Assembly (NCBI GenBank): GCA_052055015.1
Contig: JBQJIT010000004.1
Direction: 5' to 3' (one strand)
Length of the DNA: 64,000 bases
Source: Malassezia furfur
Lineage: Eukaryota
Shown one piece after another: positions 11,290 to 21,517 of this stretch. The notes below the pieces were generated by a model. It ran no database searches. It was not told the origin of the DNA and saw nothing but the letters and a program-made list of their open reading frames with translations. The translations under genes and the position numbers were made by a program. Every line of letters starts with the position of its first letter. The stretch's first letter is position 1.

Positions 11290-12390
11290 ATGTCCAAGAC
11301 TCCCGGCTTCCCAGCGCTGCAGGGGGACTGGCTCGAAGAAGTCATCTTTCTTGGGACAGGCACGAGCGCCCAGGTGCCATCGATCCATTGTGTGACGGAC
11401 CCAAACACGGAATGTAAGACATGCCCGGATGCAATGAAGCCAGGGAGCCCGAACCGGCGAGGGTGCACGTCGGCAGTGGTAGTCGGAGCTCCGCGCGATG
11501 CGCCTGACCAGAAGAGCACCATCCTGATCGACTGCGGGAAATCGTTTTATACTTCGACGCTCGAGACTTTTCCTAAGTATGGTCTGCGCCGTATTGATGC
11601 CGTGCTTCTCACCCATGGGCATGCCGACGCCATACTTGGCCTGGACGATCTTCGCGGATGGACCATGCACGGATGTATCCAAGATTACGTCGACGTATAT
11701 CTCACTCAAGAATGCATGAACACCGTACAGAGATCATTCCCCTACCTTGTGGATACCAAGTTTGTTACGGGCGGCGGCGATGTGGGGACCTTACGCTGGC
11801 ATATCATCGATGCAGCGAAGCCGTTCGAAGCCGGACGGCACCGCGTGCCAGTCACGCCTTTACGCGTTGAGCATGGCTTTATTGGCCCTGAACGTCGGCC
11901 TTTTGAGTGCCTTGGTTTTCGCATCGATTCACTGAGCTATGTGAGCGACTGCCATGCCATCCCACCCGCGACGCTTGACCTCATGGCGGGGAGTCAGCTA
12001 CTGGTGTTGGATGCCCTCAACATGTACCGTCATCCCAGCCATTTCTCGATACCCCAGGCCATCACCACCGTGCTGGAGTTATCCATGCGTGCGCATCCCC
12101 CCCAATTGGCCCTGTTTGTGGACATGACGCATCGCGTCGAGTACCACGCGACAGAGCAGCAGCTCCAGGAACTGCTCACACGACTGCGCGCTTTTCGCTC
12201 ATCGCTCCCTGGCCCGGTGGACAGCGCATGGTGGGTGAAAGCTTGGGACGCAGATGCAAACGAGGCACAGGCCTTCCTCGCGCTCCGTCCGGATGTACGT
12301 ACGATGCCCGAGTCCGGCCCACCGTGTTCCGAAGTGCCTTCCATGCACCTGGCCGTGGACAGACTTCGTGTCTTATTTAGTAAGCCATAG
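11290..12390 (+). CDS. PhnP-like metallo-beta-lactamase-fold hydrolase
   Basis: FLGTGTS, ILIDCG, THGHADAILGLDDLR, YVSD and HPSH motifs. Confidence 0.85.
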   Translation: MSKTPGFPALQGDWLEEVIFLGTGTSAQVPSIHCVTDPNTECKTCPDAMKPGSPNRRGCTSAVVVGAPRDAPDQKSTILIDCGKSFYTSTLETFPKYGLRRIDAVLLTHGHADAILGLDDLRGWTMHGCIQDYVDVYLTQECMNTVQRSFPYLVDTKFVTGGGDVGTLRWHIIDAAKPFEAGRHRVPVTPLRVEHGFIGPERRPFECLGFRIDSLSYVSDCHAIPPATLDLMAGSQLLVLDALNMYRHPSHFSIPQAITTVLELSMRAHPPQLALFVDMTHRVEYHATEQQLQELLTRLRAFRSSLPGPVDSAWWVKAWDADANEAQAFLALRPDVRTMPESGPPCSEVPSMHLAVDRLRVLFSKP

Positions 12391-12439
12391 TGTCGTGCGC
12401 AGGGGCCAGTTCGTTTAAGCGTGATACTTACCTTGACCA

Positions 12440-13441
12440 ATGTGGTTCAAGGTATTAGGATATCTCGTGGCCTTGGGAGTCACCCACTACATCGTCCGTC
12501 ATGTGCAGAAGACAGATCGCACCGAGACATTGCCCCCGTCCCAAGAGCGCATCGTAATTCTTGGCGCGTCCTCTGTGAATGGGATTGGGGCAGCCATCGC
12601 ACAACGGTGCTTGGACCGCGGTTCGTACAATATCATGTTGGTGGGACGACGAAGCGACGCTTTGCGTGAAGTTAAATTGGCTCTCATTGCTGCGCAAGAG
12701 ACTGAAGATGGCAAGGCGCGTGCCGAGCAACTTGAGCTCTTCGTCGCCGATTGTTCCGACTACGAGGATGTGTTGCGCCTTTCTCTGGCGATTACCCAGG
12801 ACTTTGGCGGGCTGGACACGCTCTACATCGTCTTTGGCGCCATCTCTACGCAGTCACTTCTGGGTGTGGCTGGTATGGACCCCGTGGCTGGTTCGCAGCA
12901 AACGGAACCTACGCTGAACAACCTACGCGAAGTGTCGGAAACAGCAGGAAAGCTGTGCGCCGCCAACGTCACCGGTACTGCGCTCATACTTTCCGCACTG
13001 ATTCCGCACCTTCAGACGAACTCCAAGAGTCCGTATGTGGTGGTTATTGGCTCGCTCGCCGGATTGGTCTGGGCGCCAACGCGCAGCTTATACTGTGGAA
13101 CGAAGACGGCCCAGCACATGCTTGCGCTCAGTGTCGCGGCCGAATGCGAATCGCAAGCTCGTATTGAAGGTCGCAAGTTGGTCCGCTTTGCAATTCTGGC
13201 CCCTTCGACCGTGGCGACGTCATTTACAGCACGGCTCGCGGTGGGAGCCAAAAGACAATTTTTGCGAAGCTCTGGTAATCTGCTGAGGCCGAAGGATGTG
13301 GGCGATATTGCAGTACGCTGTGCTGACACGAACCGCACGGGCATCGTGCCGGTGCCTTTCAAGTATTTCTTTGCATGGCTCCTTGCCCCGCTACTACTCG
13401 GGCCCATTAACCGTGCTGCGCACCGGCGTTATGACTATTGA
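12440..13441 (+). CDS. Membrane-anchored short-chain dehydrogenase/reductase
   Basis: N-terminal hydrophobic anchor, ILGASSVNGIG Rossmann motif, YCGTK catalytic YxxxK. Confidence 0.85.
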   Translation: MWFKVLGYLVALGVTHYIVRHVQKTDRTETLPPSQERIVILGASSVNGIGAAIAQRCLDRGSYNIMLVGRRSDALREVKLALIAAQETEDGKARAEQLELFVADCSDYEDVLRLSLAITQDFGGLDTLYIVFGAISTQSLLGVAGMDPVAGSQQTEPTLNNLREVSETAGKLCAANVTGTALILSALIPHLQTNSKSPYVVVIGSLAGLVWAPTRSLYCGTKTAQHMLALSVAAECESQARIEGRKLVRFAILAPSTVATSFTARLAVGAKRQFLRSSGNLLRPKDVGDIAVRCADTNRTGIVPVPFKYFFAWLLAPLLLGPINRAAHRRYDY

Positions 13442-13451
13442 AATAGATCTG

Positions 13452-14627
13452 TTACTTCAGATGGGCCTTTGCCAACTCATCCGCCAACGCGTCCGCCTCC
13501 GCATCGGGCTGTTCACCAGGGTCCTCGTTCTCGGCCGCCTCGTCTTCCTCGAGCAGTTCATCCTCCTCTTCACCCTCGGGGTCCATCTCGTCGAGTTCGT
13601 CAAGCGCATCGCCATTGCCCCACTTAGTGAGCGCCTCCGTGATCGACGTGATGGCCTCGTCGTCCTCGTCGGCAAAGTTTCCGTTAATCTCAAGTAGCGC
13701 GAGCCGCTCCAGGTTCCGCTCGATGGCCGAGCCCAGCTTGGAGAGCGCGTCGCGGTTCAGGTCACAGTACTGCAGGTGGAGCGCTTCAAGATTCTTGCCG
13801 TGGATATGCAACGCGTCAAACACCAGATGGCCGCCCTGCGACTTCAGCAGACAGTCAGATAGGTTGAGCACCCGAAGCTTGGGCCAGTTAGGCAATGCCG
13901 CGGCAATCGCACGACCGCCGCGTAGCGTCGCTGTATTGTCCTGGAGGTCAAGCACCTCAAGATCTGGGCACTTGGTGAGGCCCTCGCAAAGGGCTTGAAT
14001 GCCCTCCATACGAATGCCGTTCTGGAAAAGGCGGACTTCAACAAGTCCGCCGTGTGCGGCAAACGCACGCGCCCAAGCATCTGCGCTGCCATTCTCCAGA
14101 CGGTTGCGTCCGCAAATCACCGTGCGCAGTTGGCTCGGCTTGTTCTCCTTCTTGAGCTCCTCGGCCGCCGCGAACAAAGCATCCGCGACAATTTTTCCGC
14201 CCGTGACACCCAGGCCATTGTTGCTCAGTTTGAGAGTATGGAAGCTGTGGTTGCGCGTCAGGAAATTGACCATCGGCTCGGCAGACCGCCCACCGAAGGC
14301 GTTGTCCGACAGATTGATCTCTTCCAGCTCCTTGTGGCCCTGAAGTGCATCACAAAGCGCACGCAGCGCGTCAGGGATCTCGGAGATGAGACGACCCGTA
14401 AAGATATCCGCAAAGTCGGCCACCTTCAACGCGGTTTTTTTCCGCAACACTTCCGCAAGGGCAACACATGCACCGACACCCAGCGTGTTACCGCCAAAAT
14501 GCACCTCATACAGCGGCTCGATCTTCTCAATCGCTTCCAGGTAGGGTGCAATGTCCTCCTTTGAGTCAAGCTTCAGATTCTTGCCCACCAGGCTGTACAC
14601 GCCCTGGGTGTCCGAACCTTCGGTCAT
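13452..14627 (-). CDS. RNA1: Ran GTPase-activating protein
   Basis: Leucine-rich repeats with DIFTGRL, LSDNAFG and GRNRLENG; acidic tail. ATG (MTEGS) at 14627. Confidence 0.93.
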   Translation of the reverse strand: MTEGSDTQGVYSLVGKNLKLDSKEDIAPYLEAIEKIEPLYEVHFGGNTLGVGACVALAEVLRKKTALKVADFADIFTGRLISEIPDALRALCDALQGHKELEEINLSDNAFGGRSAEPMVNFLTRNHSFHTLKLSNNGLGVTGGKIVADALFAAAEELKKENKPSQLRTVICGRNRLENGSADAWARAFAAHGGLVEVRLFQNGIRMEGIQALCEGLTKCPDLEVLDLQDNTATLRGGRAIAAALPNWPKLRVLNLSDCLLKSQGGHLVFDALHIHGKNLEALHLQYCDLNRDALSKLGSAIERNLERLALLEINGNFADEDDEAITSITEALTKWGNGDALDELDEMDPEGEEEDELLEEDEAAENEDPGEQPDAEADALADELAKAHLK

Positions 14628-14668
14628 GGTAGATGGAGGTTGCCACGTGGCTAACGTACAGCTATGCA

Positions 14669-16935
14669 CTACACTTGCCAAGCACCCAGCGGGTCGGCAG
14701 GGACGTCGGGGCGAGGCGTCTCTGTGCGTGGCGAGCGGAGCTCCAAGTCGGGTGATGCAGACGTGGGGGTTGCGACGGGCTTGGATGCCCACGGATTGGC
14801 CGACGGCGGTATATTGATCCGGGCTTTCGATTCGCCTTTCGATTCGCCGCCAGGGGTCCGGCCTGCTTCCCAGGGTGTCAGAGGAGGGCTCGAAACGTGA
14901 CTCGTCTCTGCTCGGCGGTGCGGACTCGCCATGTGTGAGGACTCAGTATGATCGAACCCGGCAGAGCGCATCGCGCCTTGGACACGCCCCCATCCATCGC
15001 TGAAGAGCGAGCGCATTTTCGTCGTCGCCGCGTGTAGCGACTCATCGAGCGAGTCCGATTGTTCGCTCCGTGCCGGCACAGTGAGCGCATCATTCGTGGC
15101 GAGTGCGAGCCGCTCCTTGAGGCGGCGATTTTCCTCTTTTTCTAGGTCGAGATGCGAGTTGAGCTCGGCGTACGACCGGCGGAACAGGGCCGTCGAATAG
15201 CGCAACGCACCTGTGGAAGGGAGCAGTACGCCCATGTCGCCTCTCGGATCGCGCCGATCATCCAGCGCAGGGTTGTACTTCGCATTCTTCCACCGCGGAG
15301 CGATGTCCTTGTGCAACAATATGTCCCACACACTGGGCGTGCAATCGAAAGGTGCAGGTCCATGAGCTCGGGGCGTGCGCCGCTCGCGTTCGGTATTGTA
15401 CAAAAAGGTGCCCGTGCTGCCAGCATACACCTGGCGCAGAAGCTCTGCAAGGAAAGCGCCGTTAAACTCGAAGCGATCTGGGAACTGCGTCTGTAGCTGC
15501 GCGACACATTCCAGGAACTGGTGAAAGATGGGCGCACGTTGATGCGCAGCTGTCGTCTGGAATGGCGCGGTAAAGTGCTTGGTAAAGTCCCAGAAGGAGC
15601 CACCACCCTGGGAGTCAGCGAGTGGGTCGTCCACCTGCACACCGTCCACGTCAAACAGGGGTTCGTTGTGTGGCACACGGAGATCAAACTTGTCCGCTCC
15701 AAGACCCACGAGCCCACTGCGCTCTTGGAATTGGTGCCCGAAACTGACCCAGTCCTTTTCGATGAGCACCGCAAAGCCATGGAGCGTGCGGTAATACGGA
15801 TCGAGGCAGAGCCCCGCAAGCGACGTCAACTGTGCCGTACGGTCCCAGCCGTCCGAGCAGTGCACAAGCACATGGGATGCATGGACGTGGACATTGCGCA
15901 CAATCATCAGCGTGCCTTCAAGTAGATCACCCACGTGTTTGAGCCAGTTGGAGCGCCGCAAGGCAATCTGGTCCAGCGGCGCAGGTGCCGTGCCCTCAAT
16001 GGATGACCGGGTATCTGCACGAAGCACGACCAGCGCCCGGTTCAATGCATCGCGCATCACATGGATGTTCTCGACACCGAGGTACACCTTCTTGCAGTTG
16101 CGGTAGTGCTCCATATTCTCGGTGCCCGCGCCCTTGGCCATATTCGCCATGGCATTGGTCGTGGGGCGTGCATCCACCAGCAAGTTTGTCGCAGTCGACC
16201 CATACACGCCGTGCGCATGGTCTTCTGCGGAGCTGGTCGCAAAGATCGCCTCGACCAGCTTCTCATCCTGGATAGAGCGATTCTGCTTTATGCCAACAAG
16301 CGGCTGGCTGCACCGCGTGATGGTGCCTTGACCTGTCCAATGCAGGTAGGTCAAGACGGGAATACGTCCTTTGCTCCGGTGCTTGGATGCGTACGCTAGC
16401 GTCGAGTCGCTGATCAATGCTGGGACGACGAGCAGGGCAGGGTACGTCGGAATCAACGAATAGTCGCTGTTGATGGTCGAGAAACGCCATGCCTTGGTCG
16501 TAGACCCCACTCCCTGCCGCTTGAACTCAGCTGCAGGATTGTATATCCGCCATCCATCGCTGGGCGTGGTGTGCGGCGCCTTGAACGCGTACAGTTTTTC
16601 CACCGAATCTGGATGAGCCACGACCGCGTACCGATGCTGGCGAAAGCACGGAGTTTTTCGGCGACACGGAGGAGTGTACCCTCATCCCGAAAGCCCAGCA
16701 CGAAGCATTCGTGCGTGTACAGGTAGAGAGCTAGGAGGTAGCGCATCCCCCCGGTACCCCGCGCCATGGCCGAAGCCTCCCGCTTGGCCTGCGCAATGAG
16801 CGCAATCTCCCAGCGCTCCTCTGCACCATCCCATGTCAAAATTACATGATAGGGCGTTATCTGCACTGTACAAAAAGTGTCCACACCCGGCCGGAGCAGC
16901 CATACATCCGGCACCTCCAGGACCGGCGGCGCCAT
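14669..16935 (-). CDS. YMR1: Myotubularin-family PI3P phosphatase; intron 16609-16631 (23 nt)
   Basis: [10 protein letters not shown] active site and EKDWVSFGH. The PH-GRAM-like first exon (MAPPVLEV) is joined in frame by the intron. Confidence 0.92.
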
Positions 16936-16986
16936 CCTGGCTGTCGCGTCCACGCTGCGGGCGTGTGCACGGCACGCGCCACGTGA

Positions 16987-18658
16987 CTATACCAACCGTT
17001 TCGTCATGTCTGGGTAAGTGGAGGGCATACGTACAAGGCCCCTCGAGTTCGTAGCCGAGCCTGCGGTAGTAGTCGCGCGTGCCGACGCCCGAGATCACAG
17101 CGAGCTTCACGCTTCCATGTTCGTCACGGGCGATCTGCTCGGCTTGTTCCATGAGCAGCGTACCGAACCCCTGGTGCTGGAATTTGGTCGGATCGCGGCT
17201 GTGAAGCGGCACCGCACTGCCGTAGGTATGCAGCTCGCGCACAATCGACGACTGTCCGTCCTTGAGTAGCTCGGGACGGTAGGTACCGGTAGAAGAGCAC
17301 TTGCGCAGGCGCAATAATGCAACAAGGATATCTTTCTCCGGGTCTTCGTAGGACAGGAACGACTCCCACCCCCCATTCGCGGTGTAGTCACGTCGAATGA
17401 ACTCGATCTCTTCAGGGCGCACCTTGGTATGGATCTCGTGCAGCCCCACCTCGCGGTACCGTACGTCCCGGCACGTCACACCAAAGTCGCGCATGCGTTC
17501 AAGCGCCATCTCACGCAAGTTGCCATTCTCCACGCCTGAGGAGACGAGCGGCATGGGGATATCGCGCTGGACACGGTATACACGCGTCCACGGCGGGACA
17601 AGCGCAAGAATTCGAGCAATCACATCCACCAGGAAAGAGGGTGTGTAGTTTTTGTAACGCCCCGTGCGCCAGAGCTCATACAACCCCGTGCCGCGGATCA
17701 CCAGTGTAGGATACAGTTTGAGGCCATCAGACCGGAACGCAGGGTTCTCAAAATACTCTTTGAACTGCTCCATGTCACGTTCCACTCCAACATTGGGGAG
17801 ATCGGGCATCATGTGCGCGACGACCTTGTATCCTGCGTCCTTAGCGAGATGAAACGTTTCGCACACGGCCTTGACGGTGTGTCCACGGTTGGTGTCGCGT
17901 GCTACGTCTTCGTAGACGCTCTGTACACCAATTTCCAGGCGTGTGCATCCATACCGCAGCATCTGCGAAAGATGCGGTCGCAGACAGTAGTCCGGCCGCG
18001 TCTCGATGGTAATGCCGATGCATTTGGTCTGCGCACGTTCCGAGAAACGCACAGCTTCATCCACATCGAGGCCGGTGTATCCACTGAGCGCATTGTGCAG
18101 CTGCGCGATAAACTGGTTACGGTACTCTTCCGAGAGACTCATAAAGGTACCCCCCATGATAATGTATTCCACTTTGTCGACGCTGTGCCCCAGCTCGCGC
18201 AGCTGCTGCACTCTCCCGCGGCTCTGCTCGTAGGGATCGTAGCGCGCACGAATGGCTCGCATTGAGGTTGGTTCGTAGCCCGTGTATGACTGTGTGCTGT
18301 ACTCAAAGTCGGAGTCTGGGCCGCCAGGGCAGTAGACACAAATGTTGCCCGTGAGCGCGATATGCGGGCATCGGTGTGGCTTACACATCACTGCGACGAC
18401 AGCAATTCCACTCGCACTGCGCACGGGCTTGGCGCGCAGTGCGGGCACAAGCGCCTTGCGGTAGGTGTCGGGGATGGCGGCGATGATGTCGGTCAACCGA
18501 GGAACGCCACCATATCCGTGCTTTTTGCACGCTGCGCCGCGAATTGCATTCAGTGATACGGGACGGGATTCTTCATGCGCCTGTACGAGCTGCGACGCGA
18601 TATCTGCGCACACACGCAGCAGGCACTCTGCCGACGTCATCGCCGTCGACACGCCCAT
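16987..18658 (-). CDS. ELP3: Elongator catalytic subunit Elp3; intron 17010-17034 (25 nt)
   Basis: Radical-SAM motif [19 protein letters not shown] motif FQHQGFG. Splicing gives the conserved end GPYMTKRLV*. Confidence 0.96.
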
Positions 18659-18735
18659 CGTGAAAAGACACTTTTTGGTGCGCTGAGTCAGCAAGACCCT
18701 GGCGACGCACAGTCCAACCCCGGGTCACGACGATC

Positions 18736-21516
18736 ATGCTGCGCATCGCCGGCGCGGCCGTGCTCTGCGTGCTGTGTTGCGTGGTAGGTGTCGCAGCCGA
18801 TGCACGGAACTTGATTGATGTGGTGAGCTCCCATCCTGAGCTCACGCGCTTCGTGCACCTCTTGCAACGCACGCGGCTGCTGCCTACGCTCAATCGCATG
18901 CAGGAGCTGAGTGGCCCAGAGGGTGGGATGACCATATTTGCGCCTAATAATGCCGCCTTTGAGAGGGCTATGCAGGGAAGCACGAATGTGTCGCAATTTT
19001 GGCGCGATGCATTTGCAGAGCGGCCGCCCGATAACGTCCATGCGGCGCTGCGCCAGCAGCTGTGGTACCACATCCTCAACTACACCCTCGACGCCCAGCA
19101 GGATGGCCTCGTATACCACGAGACGTTGCACTTTCCCTCGCGCAAACGCCTCCAGGAGCCGACGCGACCCGGCCCTGTCCCTCAACCGCCGAGCGAGCCA
19201 CCACATCCGGGCGCTGAAGACGAGGGGGGACTACTCGGAGGGTACGGCCAGCTTCTGCGTGTCTTCCGCAAGAGTCGCGAGATGCGCGTCGGTGTGGATG
19301 AGCAGGGGAGTAAGGGGAGTAAGGCCGTGGCTGAGGACCGGTCTTCCGCGCACGGTGTGGTGTATGTGCTCGATGACATTTTGCCCCTGCCTCCAACGCT
19401 GCTGGCATTTCTGCAAAGCGATCCCGCGGTGAATTCGGTGTTCGCCTTGCTTCCGAACAGCACCCTCCATACTCTCTCTGTCACCGCGCACCTCACCATG
19501 TTTCTGCCGACTCCCGAGGCGCTCCAAAGTCTCTCGGCGCTCGAGCAGCAGTACATTCGGGGCCCCTGGCCCGAGGCGAATCAGGACCGGCTACAGCTGT
19601 TCGCATGGCATACTTCGAGCATTGGTCTAGGGCATGGGAAGATTGGGTACGCCCAGCGACTGCGTGAAGCCAAGAATGCGACCATGACGACCGTGCTGGG
19701 CGGCGAATTCCACGTACGCGCGTTGGACCACGGTGCCATCGAAGCAGGTGGTGCGCGGGTTGTGCGAGAGAACTTGCTGACAGAAAACGGCGTGGTGCAT
19801 CTTGTCGACGATCTGCACCTGCCGTATGGCGACCTTGGCCTGACGTTGGAAAAGTACTTGTTAGTACTCGGCGCAGTGCGGTTTGTGCGCCTCTTCCATG
19901 AGGCCGGATTGGCGCACTATCTGAATCGCCCGCCGCACGGTATGTCGCACGATGATGCGCCGCAGGAGGCCATGACCATTGTCGCGCCGTCGGATGATGC
20001 GCTGGACCGCTGGCTTGACGGTCTCCGCAGTGAGCCCGCGCTGGTAATCCAAGAACACGATCCGAGCGAGTCAGGGATGCTGGGCGAGATCGATATGCCC
20101 CGCGTCCGCGAGGTCCTCTTGTACCACCTCCTGCGTGGTACCATACTCGCAAATGCCACAGCCGTGGGAGACCTGCTCGTGTCTGAACTGCACTCGCCTC
20201 GCCTTGGCGGCGCAGCACAGCGCGTGCCGGTCATTCCTACGGACCGCCGCAACAAGACGCAGTGGACGCTCGGAGGAATTGCGGTGCGCACCGACCCGGT
20301 TGTTGCATCCAACGCAACCATCTACTTGGCGGACGATGTGCTTGTGCCCCCCGGCGGTGTGGTGCAGGCGGTGCAGGCGGCGTCCCAGGATGCGGGCCTG
20401 TATGCAAATGCGACCGTCGCGACTGGGTACGAGGAGCAGCTCCGCACCGCGCCAAGCACCACCTACCTTGTGCCAACCGACACCGCGTTCCAGGACCTGG
20501 GCCTCGTGACCAAGTTTTGGCTCTCAGCCACGCCGCAGGCGCGCGATGACCTTTCAACCCTGCTCGACTACCATACCCTGCGCGGGATCCACTATGCAGC
20601 GACGTTTGAGCGCGAGTGGACCTCATACAAGACCGGCACGCACGAAATGGTGCAGGTCCGTGCACGCGACGGCACCATCGAGGTGCGCATGCCCCACGAC
20701 GCTAGCGTCGCACAAGTGACACACGCCGATGTGCTCACCGATACGGGTGCCGTGCATTTGGTCGACCGCGTGCACATCCCCCTCGGTCTCAGCGTCACGC
20801 CCGAGAAGCTGATGCATGCTGCCAATGCGTCCAGGATGGTGCGCCTCGTGCGCCGCGTGGGCTTTGACTGGGTGCTGGACGGCCACCCGCTGCCGAACCA
20901 GACGCATCCGCGCGCGGCGTGCGGAGAACGTGCAGTGCTGCTGGTCCCCACCGACGCCGCAATGGAACAGCTAAATGACACCGACTACGAGGAGGACGAC
21001 GAGGCGCTGCGTGCGCTGATCGCGCAGCATATCCTCCTCATCAACACATGCAAGACGGGCCGGGCGTCGCGCGAGACACACTCGTCGCTGCGACTACCGC
21101 TGCCGCCCAAGAACGAGGCGGTGCACGCCTCGTGGCTCGACCGCGTACAGACAGGCAAGACGTACGGAGCACTGGCGTTCCGGCGGGTGGCCAAACCACG
21201 CTACGACGACCTCGGCTACGTCATCGGGATCAAGGGCGCGCGCGGCTTTTCGGGCAAGCGGCATGCGGCACGTGTGCTCGAGTTCGGCGCGACGCACGGC
21301 ACACGCGGGGAGGCGATGTGGACCGCCGGTATTTTGACGCTGGACGGGGTGCTCGAGCCGTACTACCCCGTGTGGTTCTTCCGGTGGGGCTACGCGCTGC
21401 TGGTGTGCATACTGGGGGTCATTACAGTGGGTGTGGGAGGGGTCTATGTATATCTGCGCGTCCGGCTGCGCGGCTACCGCCGCGTGCCAGACGCGCTCGA
21501 GGGGGAGGAGGAGTAG
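18736..21516 (+). CDS. Multi-FAS1 (fasciclin) type I membrane protein
   Basis: Signal peptide, repeated TIFAPNNAAF / PTDxAF and NGVVHxxD FAS1 motifs, C-terminal TM helix and short tail RGYRRV..EEE. Confidence 0.85.
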   Translation: MLRIAGAAVLCVLCCVVGVAADARNLIDVVSSHPELTRFVHLLQRTRLLPTLNRMQELSGPEGGMTIFAPNNAAFERAMQGSTNVSQFWRDAFAERPPDNVHAALRQQLWYHILNYTLDAQQDGLVYHETLHFPSRKRLQEPTRPGPVPQPPSEPPHPGAEDEGGLLGGYGQLLRVFRKSREMRVGVDEQGSKGSKAVAEDRSSAHGVVYVLDDILPLPPTLLAFLQSDPAVNSVFALLPNSTLHTLSVTAHLTMFLPTPEALQSLSALEQQYIRGPWPEANQDRLQLFAWHTSSIGLGHGKIGYAQRLREAKNATMTTVLGGEFHVRALDHGAIEAGGARVVRENLLTENGVVHLVDDLHLPYGDLGLTLEKYLLVLGAVRFVRLFHEAGLAHYLNRPPHGMSHDDAPQEAMTIVAPSDDALDRWLDGLRSEPALVIQEHDPSESGMLGEIDMPRVREVLLYHLLRGTILANATAVGDLLVSELHSPRLGGAAQRVPVIPTDRRNKTQWTLGGIAVRTDPVVASNATIYLADDVLVPPGGVVQAVQAASQDAGLYANATVATGYEEQLRTAPSTTYLVPTDTAFQDLGLVTKFWLSATPQARDDLSTLLDYHTLRGIHYAATFEREWTSYKTGTHEMVQVRARDGTIEVRMPHDASVAQVTHADVLTDTGAVHLVDRVHIPLGLSVTPEKLMHAANASRMVRLVRRVGFDWVLDGHPLPNQTHPRAACGERAVLLVPTDAAMEQLNDTDYEEDDEALRALIAQHILLINTCKTGRASRETHSSLRLPLPPKNEAVHASWLDRVQTGKTYGALAFRRVAKPRYDDLGYVIGIKGARGFSGKRHAARVLEFGATHGTRGEAMWTAGILTLDGVLEPYYPVWFFRWGYALLVCILGVITVGVGGVYVYLRVRLRGYRRVPDALEGEEE

Positions 21517-21517
21517 G

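Noticed and set aside
12424..12433. ATACTTACCT, identical to the 5' end of U1 snRNA
   Set aside because: It is followed within 7 nt by the SDR start codon, with no U1 stem-loops or Sm site visible; probably chance.
8673..13441. FMO + hydrolase + SDR as a secondary-metabolite cluster
   Set aside because: There is no backbone synthase, transporter or regulator, and the genes are interleaved with housekeeping genes.
16682..16986. Apparent Elp3 C-terminal extension overlapping YMR1
   Set aside because: Artefact of the unspliced 25-nt intron; the spliced protein ends at 16987.
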